A stretch of 64,000 bases of DNA from an uncultured bacterium (GTDB taxonomy: Bacteria; Hydrothermota; UBA3073; NMUJ01; CBEVQO01), in contig CBEVQO010000001.1 in NCBI GenBank assembly GCA_965552055.1, positions 431,106-495,105 of the forward strand, written 5' to 3'. Positions 44,369 through 54,133 of the stretch are shown piece after piece; the first letter of the stretch is position 1; the number at the start of each line of letters is the position of its first letter. The position numbers were made by a program, and so were the translations under genes. Below the pieces are notes generated by a model that saw nothing but the letters and a program-made list of their open reading frames with translations, was not told where the DNA came from and made no database searches.

Positions 44369-45417
44369 GGTACCCTCTCGCCTAATACTAATTCTGCAAG
44401 TAAAACTTCATCTGCACTCTGTATATCATCCGGAACCGTTTGACCATAAGTTATATAAGACACAGGAACTTTATATTCTATCATCGTGCTTATCATAGGT
44501 CCATAAGTTTCTGCTTCGTCCAATTTTGTAAAAATCATCTTATCAATTCCAATGGACATAAATCTATCTGCCATGGATTTTAATGTCTTTTCATGATAGT
44601 TCGCTGAAAGCACAAGATGAATTTCATCCGGTCTTCTTATTTTAAAATAATTACTGAGCTCCGCAAGATAATATCCATTTCTTTGGCTTTTACCCGCTGT
44701 GTCTATGAAAATTATTTTCCTGTTTTTTAATTTTTCGAGCTTATCTTCAAACTCATCAGGCTCCTGCACCACCTCTATGGGTATCGATGCTATATCTGCA
44801 AACACTTTCAGCTGTTCAACGGCAGCTACTCTATAATTATCTATTGTCAGAAGACCCACATCCACTCCTTCGAGTACCTGAAATTTAGCAGATAATTTCG
44901 CTATCGTCGTGGTCTTGCCAACACCCGTAGGCCCTATGAGAGCTATCACTTTGGGCTCACCATTATCAGGAGGCTTTATCGGTGAAGCAGGAGGTAGCAT
45001 TCTTATAATCTTCTCCTTAACAATGTCATCAAGATTATCCCCTGTGATACCTTCTTCGCAAAGATATTTCGCAATCTTAAGTGCAATCTCAGAAGATATC
45101 CCCATATCGCATAGTTTTATGTAGATTTTCCTTATCCTCTTATCGGCGTATCCATATTTTATAAATTCCTTTATCTCCCTCAAATCGGAAAGAATTTCCA
45201 TGTATGGCTCTGAATTCAGCATATCGGGTAATTCATCTTTCTTTGGTCTGTCATCCACTGCTGCGGTTACTTCAATCATTTCCTTTCCATAGAGTTCATA
45301 AAGGGGTCCTTCTTTTACCTTTTTTGTCTCAAGTATTATCGCATTCTTTCCGAATTCCGTCTTTATTTTCTCCATTGCCTCTCTCATATTTGCACATAAG
45401 AATTTTTTGATACGCAT
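44365..45417 (-). CDS. flhF: SRP-type GTPase FlhF
   Basis: GPTGVGKTTT, DTAG, TKLDE, GQTVPDDI. Confidence 0.95.
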   Translation of the reverse strand: MRIKKFLCANMREAMEKIKTEFGKNAIILETKKVKEGPLYELYGKEMIEVTAAVDDRPKKDELPDMLNSEPYMEILSDLREIKEFIKYGYADKRIRKIYIKLCDMGISSEIALKIAKYLCEEGITGDNLDDIVKEKIIRMLPPASPIKPPDNGEPKVIALIGPTGVGKTTTIAKLSAKFQVLEGVDVGLLTIDNYRVAAVEQLKVFADIASIPIEVVQEPDEFEDKLEKLKNRKIIFIDTAGKSQRNGYYLAELSNYFKIRRPDEIHLVLSANYHEKTLKSMADRFMSIGIDKMIFTKLDEAETYGPMISTMIEYKVPVSYITYGQTVPDDIQSADEVLLAELVLGERVP

Positions 45418-45429
45418 CTCACCCTCCTT

Positions 45430-47490
45430 CTAAGTGCCCCCTCCCACCTGGGCAATTCCTTTAACCTTCACATAAGGTGATACTTCGTTGTAGGAAAGAA
45501 CGGCTAAATGCGGGAACATAGGTTCTATCATCTTCCTTATGTAAGGACGAACACCCGATGAACAAAGTAGCACCGGCTCTTTTCCCATCTTTATTATTTT
45601 TTCTATACCCTGTGCAAGCTCTGTGTAAAACTTCTCCATAACCTGAGGCTCCAATGTTGGCATTTTTACTTCTTTAAATTCCGATAATGCCTGCAATATT
45701 TTTTGCTCAAAAGAGGGCTCGAGCGTGATACAATAAATAGTGCCAGTGCTATCCGCATATTGTTTGCATATCTGAGCAGAAAGAGCCTGCCTTACTTTTT
45801 CTACCAGCACATCTATATCTTTTGTGTACTGCGCGTTATCTGCAAGCACTTCGAATATCTGTGGTAAATCTTTTATCGGCACATTCTCTTTTACCAGTCG
45901 CTGTAATACTTTTTGTATCTCGCCGACCGACATTAATTTTGGTGTTAATTCTTCCACAACAGTAGGATGCGTTTCTCTCACAATGTTTATCAACCTCTGA
46001 ACACTTTCTCTATTCAGCAATTCATCTGCATGTCTCTTTATAACTTCCGCTATATGTGTTACTATAACGCCTGATGGTTGCACAACAGAATATCCTGCTG
46101 ATTCTGCTTCTTCTTTCTGTGACGGTAATATCCATACTGCTTTTAGACCGAATGCCGGTTCTTTTGTCTTTATTCCTTCTATTTCTTTTTCCGCTGTCCC
46201 GGGATTTATTGCAAGCAACCTATTGGGATACACTTCGCCTTTTCCTGCTTCCACTCCTTTTATCTTTATGGAGTATTGTGTAGGTTTAAGATTTATATCG
46301 TCCCTCACTCTCATCGGTGGAATTATTATTCCAAGTTCCTGCGCAAGTTTATGACGAACAGATGTTATCCTCTCAAGTAAGTCCCCTCCCTGAGATTTAT
46401 CAACGAGTGGTATTAATCCATAACCTATATTTAGTTCAAGGGGCTCTACCTGAATCATTTTTCTTATTTCATCCGCTGTATCGAGTGTCTTTGGCTCTTC
46501 TTTTCGCTTTGGCTTTTCTTTCTCAATTTGCTTCATCCTCTTATATTTTCTTGCGAGATATGCTACTACTCCTATCATAGTGGCAACTATCAGGAAAGGT
46601 ATCGTCGGCAACCCTGGTACAAGTGCGCAGATAAACAGCCCTGCTGCAGCTGCAAATGCAGCACGAAGGTCTGTGAACATCTGCCTGATAACACTTTGAC
46701 CAAAATCCTCTTTCTCAGCAACACGGGAAACTATAACACCTGCAGCTGTTGCCATCATAAAAGACGGTATCTGAGCACAAAGACCATCACCTATTGTCAA
46801 AATAGTATAAGTTCTCAAAGCTTCGGAAACTGACATCTTCCTGATTAAAACCCCGATAATTAATCCACCAATGATATTAACAGCGGTTATTACGAGACCC
46901 GCAACTGCATCTCCCCTAACAAATCTACAGGCACCATCCATAGCACCATAAAAATCGGCTTCCCTCATAATTTCCTTTCTTCTTTCCTTCGCCTCTTCTT
47001 CTGTTATCAAACCGGCATTTAAGTCTGCATCTACTGCCATCTGTTTGCCGGGCATTGCATCAAGTGTAAACCTCGCTGCTACTTCTGCTATACGCTGGGC
47101 TCCTGATGTTATCACAACAAACTGGATTATCACAATGATTATAAAAATAACAAAGCCAACAACTAAATTGCCGCCAGCAACAAACCTACCGAATGCAAGG
47201 ATTACCTGACCAGCATATGCTTTTGTCAAAATAGCCCTTGTAGTCGCTATATTCATCGCAAGCCTGAACAATGTGGCAGATAGCAAGATGGTCGGGAAAG
47301 CCGCAAACTCTAACGGTCGCTGAATGTAAAGGGTAACAAGCAAAACAAGAATCGCAAATGTAAAATTGAAAGACAAAATTATATCAATTAGAGGAGGAGG
47401 TAAGGGAATTACAATTATAAACACAACAGCCAGTATCAGTGCTGCTATTAAATAAGTGCTTTGCTTAAATACCTTTTGTAAACCTGTCAT
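45430..47490 (-). CDS. flhA: Flagellar export gate protein FlhA
   Basis: RIAEVAARFTLDAMPGKQM, FYGAMDGA, TIGDGL. Confidence 0.98.
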   Translation of the reverse strand: MTGLQKVFKQSTYLIAALILAVVFIIVIPLPPPLIDIILSFNFTFAILVLLVTLYIQRPLEFAAFPTILLSATLFRLAMNIATTRAILTKAYAGQVILAFGRFVAGGNLVVGFVIFIIIVIIQFVVITSGAQRIAEVAARFTLDAMPGKQMAVDADLNAGLITEEEAKERRKEIMREADFYGAMDGACRFVRGDAVAGLVITAVNIIGGLIIGVLIRKMSVSEALRTYTILTIGDGLCAQIPSFMMATAAGVIVSRVAEKEDFGQSVIRQMFTDLRAAFAAAAGLFICALVPGLPTIPFLIVATMIGVVAYLARKYKRMKQIEKEKPKRKEEPKTLDTADEIRKMIQVEPLELNIGYGLIPLVDKSQGGDLLERITSVRHKLAQELGIIIPPMRVRDDINLKPTQYSIKIKGVEAGKGEVYPNRLLAINPGTAEKEIEGIKTKEPAFGLKAVWILPSQKEEAESAGYSVVQPSGVIVTHIAEVIKRHADELLNRESVQRLINIVRETHPTVVEELTPKLMSVGEIQKVLQRLVKENVPIKDLPQIFEVLADNAQYTKDIDVLVEKVRQALSAQICKQYADSTGTIYCITLEPSFEQKILQALSEFKEVKMPTLEPQVMEKFYTELAQGIEKIIKMGKEPVLLCSSGVRPYIRKMIEPMFPHLAVLSYNEVSPYVKVKGIAQVGGGT

Positions 47491-48545
47491 AATTCTGTCC
47501 TCCCTTTAAGCCGATATACATATGCAAGAACTTCTGCAACAGCCTGATAAAGTTTCACAGGTATCTCCTCACCCACATCAACCATTCTGTAAAGTAACCT
47601 TGCGAGTTCCGGATTTCTCACAATAGGTACTCCGTGTTTCTGTGCTATTTCTCTTATTTTTTCCGCGAGTTTGCGCATCCCTTTTGCAACAACAACGGGC
47701 GCCGACATTTTTTCCGGCTCATATTTTAATGCAACTGCAATCAAAACAGGGTTCGTAATTACAACATCTGCCTTTTCCACTGCTTTAAGCATTCTCTGAC
47801 GCGATATCTTCAAGTGCTCCTGATAACGCTTACGCTTTATCCTGGGGTCACCTTCATAAGCCTTCATCTCTTCTTTATATTCCCAGGGTGTCATCATTAA
47901 CTGCTTCTTCCATCTGTATTTTTGATAGGCAAAATCAAAGACAGCGAGTATAAGATAAAATAATCCTAGTTTTATGGCAAGTTCAAAAGCAACTTTGCCC
48001 GAAAATGCAAGACCATCAAGAATCCCAAACTGAGCGGAACTCAAAATTCCAGCAATTTTACTCTTTATCGTGAAGTAACCCACTGCACCTACTATTATCA
48101 TCTTAAAAATACCCATCAACGCTCTTACAAAACCATCTTTTGAGAATAATCTCTTAAAACCTGCAACAGGATTTAAAACACTTAATCTTGGACGCAACCT
48201 GCTTGTCGCAAGTACAAAACCAGATTGCATCAGATTAGCACTAATTCCTATCACCATCATTGCAGCTGCAATAGGCAAAATAACAAGGAAAATTTTGCCA
48301 GAAAGAAAACGACAAAGTGCAAGAAAATTCTGAGGAGTTAAAGAAAATCTGCCAGCTTCTGATAGACTGAAAGTAACAAATTTCATCGTATCAAACAAAA
48401 GTGTTTTTCTCATCATAAAGAAAATGAATATAGCAAAGAGGAAATGCAAAGCAACTGTTAATTCCGTACTCTTTGGTACAAATCCCTCTTTTCTTGCTCT
48501 CGCTATTCTCCGTGGCGTAGGTGGTAACCTTTTTTCCTCCTCCAT
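47487..48545 (-). CDS. flhB: Flagellar export switch protein FlhB
   Basis: PTPRRIARARKEG, EGDP, ADVVITNP, APVVVAKG, AEVLAYV. Confidence 0.95.
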   Translation of the reverse strand: MEEEKRLPPTPRRIARARKEGFVPKSTELTVALHFLFAIFIFFMMRKTLLFDTMKFVTFSLSEAGRFSLTPQNFLALCRFLSGKIFLVILPIAAAMMVIGISANLMQSGFVLATSRLRPRLSVLNPVAGFKRLFSKDGFVRALMGIFKMIIVGAVGYFTIKSKIAGILSSAQFGILDGLAFSGKVAFELAIKLGLFYLILAVFDFAYQKYRWKKQLMMTPWEYKEEMKAYEGDPRIKRKRYQEHLKISRQRMLKAVEKADVVITNPVLIAVALKYEPEKMSAPVVVAKGMRKLAEKIREIAQKHGVPIVRNPELARLLYRMVDVGEEIPVKLYQAVAEVLAYVYRLKGRTEL

Positions 48546-48553
48546 ACTCCCTC

Positions 48554-49324
48554 CTACGGTTTAAGCAGGAAAAGAACTTTTTGAATTTCCCTTGCCATTT
48601 CATCGAAGTGAGCAACTATCACATAGGTAAGATAAGGCAAACATAATGCAAAACAAATGATTCCCAACCCTATTTTCATCGGCAACGCCATAAAGTAAAC
48701 ATTTACCTGTGGTATAGCTTTTGCCATAAACGCAAATAGTAGCATCACAATCAGCATCATACCAATAAGAGGTGCACCAAGTTTAATAGCCGTAAGAAAC
48801 ATTTTACCTGCAAAAGATATTATTTCTCTACCAAGAGCAGGTTTCAAAAGAATATGTCCAAGGGGTATTATTTTGTAAGATATGATTGCATTTTTTATAA
48901 CCATCAGATGCATATCTGTAGCAAAAAACAATAATCCTGCAAAAATAATGGCAAACTGTGTTGCCATAGTCTGTTGTTCATTTACAGTAGGGTCTATCTG
49001 ACGAGCGAGTCCTAGCCCCATTTGATAACCTGCGAGCGAAAACCCTATCCTTATAGCTGAGAAAACTAATTCTATAACAAGACCTATAAGGAAACCTATC
49101 GCGAACTCTGATGCGACAAGTATAAGGTAATGAACAGGTCCACCCTGTAATAATTTTCTGGCATATCCTGCATCAACATTCGGGAAAATAAGTACAGCCA
49201 GTGTAAAAGATAGCACTATTTTGGGAAGCCTAGCCCTATCTGCACCAAATATGGGTAGCAAACCTATAACTCCTATCATCCTGAAGAATACGAGTAAAAG
49301 TATGAGAGCACGCTCAAATTCCAT
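48554..49324 (-). CDS. fliR: Flagellar export protein FliR
   Basis: Polytopic; QMGLG, PQVNV, PMKI; operon position. Confidence 0.92.
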   Translation of the reverse strand: MEFERALILLLVFFRMIGVIGLLPIFGADRARLPKIVLSFTLAVLIFPNVDAGYARKLLQGGPVHYLILVASEFAIGFLIGLVIELVFSAIRIGFSLAGYQMGLGLARQIDPTVNEQQTMATQFAIIFAGLLFFATDMHLMVIKNAIISYKIIPLGHILLKPALGREIISFAGKMFLTAIKLGAPLIGMMLIVMLLFAFMAKAIPQVNVYFMALPMKIGLGIICFALCLPYLTYVIVAHFDEMAREIQKVLFLLKP

Positions 49325-49594
49325 CTACCCTCCAAGCATTTTGACACTTTGATAAATTTGATTCGTAAAATCTATCAATTTCATAATAATCCATGGCAAG
49401 AGGAACATAAGCGTAAGTCCAACAGCTATTAACTTTGGAATGAACACAAGGGTCATTTCATGTATGGTCGTTACTGCCTGAAATATCGCAACCAGCAATC
49501 CCACTATCAAGCCAGCTACAAGAATGGGTCCTGCAATCATCGCTGCTGTTAACAGAGTTTTATTCAGCAATGTTGTTGCAAATTCGGGCGTCAT
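49325..49594 (-). CDS. fliQ: Flagellar export protein FliQ
   Basis: FQAVTTIHEMTLVFIPK. Confidence 0.95.
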   Translation of the reverse strand: MTPEFATTLLNKTLLTAAMIAGPILVAGLIVGLLVAIFQAVTTIHEMTLVFIPKLIAVGLTLMFLLPWIIMKLIDFTNQIYQSVKMLGG

Positions 49595-50244
49595 GGCACA
49601 AACGATTTAACAAGCGATGTTATAACAAGATTCCAGCCATCAACCAGAACAAAAAGCAGAAGCTTAAAAGGAAGAGACACAAGCATAGGCGGTAACATTA
49701 TCATACCCAGTGAAAGCAAAACACTACTTACTATAAGGTCTATTATAAGGAACGGCAGATAAATCATAAAACCTATTTGAAATGCCGTCTTAAGCTCACT
49801 TGTTATGAAAGCGGGTATCACGACAGAAGTAGGTAGGTCATCGGGATTCCTGGGACGGGGTATTCCCGCTGAACTTGCGAATGTCATCAAATCTTTTTCT
49901 TTAGTCTGCTTGAGCATAAATTTCCTCAATTCTTTAATTGCTCTATCAAATGCTTCTTTTTCCGTTATTTCATGATGTAAATAAGGCTGTATTGCTTCCT
50001 GATTTATCCTTTCAAATGTGGGTCTCATTATAAAGAAGGTAAGGAAGAGAGCGAGAGCAACGAGAACAGGTGAAGGCGGTGCTTCCCTCAAACCCATTCC
50101 CTGTCGCAGTAGTCCTAGCACCACTATAATACGAGTGAAAGAAGTTAAAGAGAGCACCAAAATGGGTAATACCGCGAGGAGTGTGATAAGAGCAAGGACT
50201 TTTAGAGATGTAGCCATCTGCATATTTCCAAAAATATCCGTCAT
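49591..50244 (-). CDS. fliP: Flagellar export protein FliP (no N-terminal signal peptide)
   Basis: TSFTRI, PAFITSELKTAFQIG, LPFKLLLFVLVDGW. Confidence 0.97.
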   Translation of the reverse strand: MTDIFGNMQMATSLKVLALITLLAVLPILVLSLTSFTRIIVVLGLLRQGMGLREAPPSPVLVALALFLTFFIMRPTFERINQEAIQPYLHHEITEKEAFDRAIKELRKFMLKQTKEKDLMTFASSAGIPRPRNPDDLPTSVVIPAFITSELKTAFQIGFMIYLPFLIIDLIVSSVLLSLGMIMLPPMLVSLPFKLLLFVLVDGWNLVITSLVKSFVP

Positions 50245-50669
50245 AACTCCGTTAATTTTTTCAACTCATTCAATCTACCGAGTACCCTTTCTCTTACTGA
50301 CTTCTTCATCTCTTCCTCTGAGAGCTTCTTTTTAAGTGTCTCCGCGAATTCTTCCATTTTCTCCTCTTCTTTCTCTGTTTCTTCTCTTGCTCTGCCTGGA
50401 TTTTCGGATAGCTCTGCTATTAGCCTTATTTCATGAGGCGTTGCCCCAATGAGAAGAATCCTTCCAAGCACTTCAACAACATACAGCATCTGTTTGGGAC
50501 TGAGCGCTACTCTCTGCAACACCCTTATCTCATAGCCCGATGGAATTTTCGTAGTTTTACCCGCGAATCTACGCAAAATATAAACAAGAGAAAGAATCAA
50601 TGCTATAACGAGTAGCAGTGCACCGATATATCTAAATGCATTTGCAAGCATACTGAAATCCATAATCAC
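50241..50669 (-). CDS. fliO: FliO/FliZ flagellar protein
   Basis: One TM followed by IRVLQRVALSPKQMLYVVEV...LLIG. Confidence 0.85.
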   Translation of the reverse strand: MIMDFSMLANAFRYIGALLLVIALILSLVYILRRFAGKTTKIPSGYEIRVLQRVALSPKQMLYVVEVLGRILLIGATPHEIRLIAELSENPGRAREETEKEEEKMEEFAETLKKKLSEEEMKKSVRERVLGRLNELKKLTEL

Positions 50670-50671
50670 TC

Positions 50672-51013
50672 CTACCCAAGTTGCTTTATCCTGCCTAACC
50701 TGTCAATGAGAGAGGTAATCCTCACTCCCAGATTTTCATCTATCGTTACAACTTCTCCTTTCGCTATAAGTTTATTGTTAACAAGAATATCCACAGGCTC
50801 ACCTGCGAATTTATCAAGCTGAATAACGGTACCAGGACCCCATTCAAGTATCTGCTCGATTGGAACATTTACCCTGCCCAGTTCAACAGAAACAGGCACA
50901 ACAACATCAAGTATGAGGTCGAGATTCTGTGGCTCTTTCTTCTCAGCACCTGGCTCCAATTTTTCAAACTCTACTGGCTTTGCCTGGGCTTTTTCTTCTT
51001 TCTTTTCTTCCAT
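50672..51013 (-). CDS. fliN: C-ring protein FliN
   Basis: VSVELGR, LDKFAGEPVDILVN, GEVV...GVRIT. Confidence 0.95.
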   Translation of the reverse strand: MEEKKEEKAQAKPVEFEKLEPGAEKKEPQNLDLILDVVVPVSVELGRVNVPIEQILEWGPGTVIQLDKFAGEPVDILVNNKLIAKGEVVTIDENLGVRITSLIDRLGRIKQLG

Positions 51014-51023
51014 GATACCCCCC

Positions 51024-52016
51024 TTAAAACTTTAACTCAATAAATTCTTCTTCTTTTGGTACAACTTTTACAATTTTTATTGCCTTTTTGCCTCCACTAA
51101 CACCCGGTATCCCGTAAAATTTTACTTTGTCACCCACCCTTATTTCTATGGGAGCATTAATGCTTTGATGCAACAATATAACATCACCCACTTCAAGTTC
51201 CAGTAATTCTCTAATGGTAAGTTCAGTATTTCCAAGGATAGCTCTCACTGTTATGGGTACCGTTTGTCTCAACTCCTTCTGCAAAGCTTCTTTCCATTCC
51301 TTCGGAGGCTCTAACACTGCCTGCTGTATTTTCTTCCTTCTTACTCCTACGGCTGCAAGAGACTTCAACAAACTAGCTGGATAAGCCATACTCAAAGCAT
51401 CTTCTATCCTTGCTCTCTCTTTTATCACATCAAAGGATACAATGGTAGCGGTTTCAGCACCTGCAACTGGATGCACAAGAGTAGGGTCTATTTCATCCAT
51501 ATCGAGCTTCGGAGTAAATTCCACACCCCTTGCGGACCAGCATTTCTTCTGTAACATAATTATATCCATTATTATTTTGCTTATCATACCTTTTTCCATC
51601 TCAGTGAGAGTATCCCTTTGTCTTACATCTCCTGTTCCTCCGCATAGCACATCCACGATCATCCCTGCGATTATCGGTCGCATGTTAAAGAACATCTGAC
51701 CCTGTAGTGGCTCAAGTCTTAGCACAGCAATGTATGATGGAACATCCCTGGATTCAATGTAATCCGTCAACGGCATGGTATTTATATTCGCCACTTCTAC
51801 AGTCAATGGCAACCTTAAATGCGAAACGAAGTAATTACTGAGATGCCGAGAAAATTCCCTCTGTGCCTGAGAAAAAGCCTTTGGTGTGCCTATAACTTCC
51901 TGTTTGAAATCATAAGGTGCTATCTTCCTGTGAATAGCTTTGGGTTTTAACTTCCCGGATTTTATCGCCTCCATAAGGGCATCTATTTCTTCCTGGGTTA
52001 AAATCCTCTCAGGCAT
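51024..52016 (-). CDS. fliM: C-ring protein FliM
   Basis: ILTQEEIDAL (CheY-P binding), YDF, LCGG, SpoA domain LEVGDVI. Confidence 0.9.
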   Translation of the reverse strand: MPERILTQEEIDALMEAIKSGKLKPKAIHRKIAPYDFKQEVIGTPKAFSQAQREFSRHLSNYFVSHLRLPLTVEVANINTMPLTDYIESRDVPSYIAVLRLEPLQGQMFFNMRPIIAGMIVDVLCGGTGDVRQRDTLTEMEKGMISKIIMDIIMLQKKCWSARGVEFTPKLDMDEIDPTLVHPVAGAETATIVSFDVIKERARIEDALSMAYPASLLKSLAAVGVRRKKIQQAVLEPPKEWKEALQKELRQTVPITVRAILGNTELTIRELLELEVGDVILLHQSINAPIEIRVGDKVKFYGIPGVSGGKKAIKIVKVVPKEEEFIELKF

Positions 52017-52024
52017 AATCCCCC

Positions 52025-52465
52025 CTACTTTATAACTTTCACATCATAAGAAACTTTATGAATCTTAATACCATCGCTCGAAAAAATACTATCGAGTAAA
52101 CTTTTTACATCTTTTAATATCAAACTTCTTTTCTCTGCCGATAAAATCTCCGTACTTTTTAATTTGCCAAAATAGTTTACAAATACTTTTTTCATCCTGT
52201 CTTCTTTATTTTTCACCCTCAATTGCTTTTCCGCAGGAGAGAACCACATCTTTAAAATTATCCTGCCAACGAGATATTTCTTATCCTTAAAAGATGTATA
52301 TACATCGGTTTGGAAAGCTGTTATTTTCTCTCTCTTTTCTTTTCTTATTCTCATCCTCATCTTTATGATACTTTCCACAGCAATCGGAATCAGATTTACC
52401 GCTGTAAAATATGCACCTATTGTTATCACGGGAATAGCTATCATTATAATCAACTCCTTCTTCAT
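52025..52465 (-). CDS. fliL: Divergent FliL-like single-pass protein
   Basis: Position between motB and fliM, one TM, typical size; sequence motifs weak. Confidence 0.55.
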   Translation of the reverse strand: MKKELIIMIAIPVITIGAYFTAVNLIPIAVESIIKMRMRIRKEKREKITAFQTDVYTSFKDKKYLVGRIILKMWFSPAEKQLRVKNKEDRMKKVFVNYFGKLKSTEILSAEKRSLILKDVKSLLDSIFSSDGIKIHKVSYDVKVIK

Positions 52466-53136
52466 TCTTTAAGTATTAATTTGATTTCCACTCTCCTGTT
52501 TTTTCTTCTGTTTTCTTCACAATCATTTGGTGCAATAGGACGAGTGTAAGCATGAGCCACCGCCTGCATCCTGTAAGGGTCTACACCGCATTCTTCAAAG
52601 AAATGCAAAACATTAAGAGCCCTGGCAGACGACAACTCCCAGTTAGATTTGAACTCATAAGAATGTATCGGAAGGTCACATGTATGCCCTTCTATACTGA
52701 TATCAAAGGGTCTGTCCTTTATTATTTTCGCTATCTCATAGAGCACAGGCAAAATCTGAGGCCGCAAATCAGCTTTCCCCCTCTCAAACATCGCAGGATT
52801 GCCTATCATTATTAATACACCCTCTTCGATTTTGAAAATCTTTATCTGGTCTCTTATTTCTTTTGGAATCTCAAGCGCTTCTATACCTTTTTTCAAATCG
52901 TTAAGTAATTTCTCGGGGTCCCCTTCCTCTTGTATCAATTTTACATCTTTTTTGTTCAGTGCTATGGATTTTCTTATCGAATTTATCGCAGATGTGAATT
53001 TCGACTGACTCATACGAGAATATGCGAGCATAAGAACAAAGAAAACAAGCAAAAGTGTAACCATATCGGAATAACTCATAGTCCAGTGAGGAGATGCCTC
53101 TTCTAACTCCCTTTTATACCTTTTTAACTCGTTCAT
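52462..53136 (-). CDS. motB: Stator subunit MotB/PomB
   Basis: WTMSYSDMVTLLLVFFVL TM; OmpA-like EGHT, SNWELSSARA, NRRVEI. Confidence 0.95.
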   Translation of the reverse strand: MNELKRYKRELEEASPHWTMSYSDMVTLLLVFFVLMLAYSRMSQSKFTSAINSIRKSIALNKKDVKLIQEEGDPEKLLNDLKKGIEALEIPKEIRDQIKIFKIEEGVLIMIGNPAMFERGKADLRPQILPVLYEIAKIIKDRPFDISIEGHTCDLPIHSYEFKSNWELSSARALNVLHFFEECGVDPYRMQAVAHAYTRPIAPNDCEENRRKNRRVEIKLILKE

Positions 53137-53905
53137 AACGCCTCCTGTAAACCAACTTCCTTAAACTCGGTGTTAAAAATGCTTTCAGCTTCTCCTCTAT
53201 CACATGGGGAGTTTCACCTGCATGTATCGCCTTTATACCTTCAATCACTATCCTTTTCAAAAGTGACTCTTCTTCCGATAAAACTTCCAGTTTGCCGGCA
53301 ATCGGTAAGCAAATCAGATTTGCTATTAATAAACCATAAAATGTGGTAACAAGGGCAACTGCCATGCCAGGACCTATCTGAGAAGGCGTCTCTATAAACC
53401 TTAACATTTGAATAAGTCCTATGAGTGTGCCAAGCATACCGAAAGCAGGTGCAAATTTGCCCATCGTCCTGAAAATGCTCTGACCACGCCTGTGACGCTC
53501 CTCCATCTCGGATAACTCCTGACGCATTGTATCTTCTACTTCTTTTATATCCACACCATCAGCCAGTAATTTTATCCCCCTGTAAAGAAATTCGTCTCCC
53601 GTTTTCTTAGCATCTTCTTCAATAGCCAGTAAGCCATTTTTCCTTGCTTTTTGCGCAAGACGAACAATCTCATTTATCTTATTGTGTGGCTCCAATTCAA
53701 ATTTTTTGAAAGCTTTCTTTAAAACTCTGATGGTTTTCAAAATATCAGATAAGGGATAGTTTATCAAAGTTGCTGCAAAAGTTCCACCAAAGGTTATCAT
53801 AATTGATGGTAAATTAACAAAAGTTCCTGCACCACCTCCTATAAAAATCGCAATGAAAACAAGAGCAAAACCCGAAATTACACCTATTATCGTTGCTATG
53901 TCCAA
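53114..53905 (-). CDS. motA: Stator subunit MotA/PomA
   Basis: ARKNGLLAIE, APAFGMLGTLIGL, MAVALVTTFYG. Confidence 0.95.
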   Translation of the reverse strand: MDIATIIGVISGFALVFIAIFIGGGAGTFVNLPSIMITFGGTFAATLINYPLSDILKTIRVLKKAFKKFELEPHNKINEIVRLAQKARKNGLLAIEEDAKKTGDEFLYRGIKLLADGVDIKEVEDTMRQELSEMEERHRRGQSIFRTMGKFAPAFGMLGTLIGLIQMLRFIETPSQIGPGMAVALVTTFYGLLIANLICLPIAGKLEVLSEEESLLKRIVIEGIKAIHAGETPHVIEEKLKAFLTPSLRKLVYRRRYERVKKV

Positions 53906-54105
53906 TTTTCCTCCTTATCTTTTTCTTTTAAAATTTGTGCCTTATATTTGATAATTTTTTCAATAACTTCTTCTTCTTTCTCTTTGACTATTATTTTTTT
54001 GCCTGTTGTAAGTGTGATAAGTGTATCTGGTGTTGTCTCTATAAATTCAATAAGGTCAGCGTTTATTATTATTGGCTCGCCGTTTAGCTTTGTAAGTCGT
54101 ATCAA
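53896..54105 (-). CDS. flbD: FlbD/SwrD family flagellar protein
   Basis: IRLTKLNG...NADLIEFIETTPDT.ITL..GKK.IVKE. Confidence 0.92.
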   Translation of the reverse strand: MIRLTKLNGEPIIINADLIEFIETTPDTLITLTTGKKIIVKEKEEEVIEKIIKYKAQILKEKDKEENWT

Positions 54106-54133
54106 GGCCCCTCCCCCTTCCGCTTTACTTACC

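Noticed and set aside
52137..52144. GCCGATAA sigma-28 -10 box
   Set aside because: Antisense within fliL, with no TAAA -35 at the expected distance.
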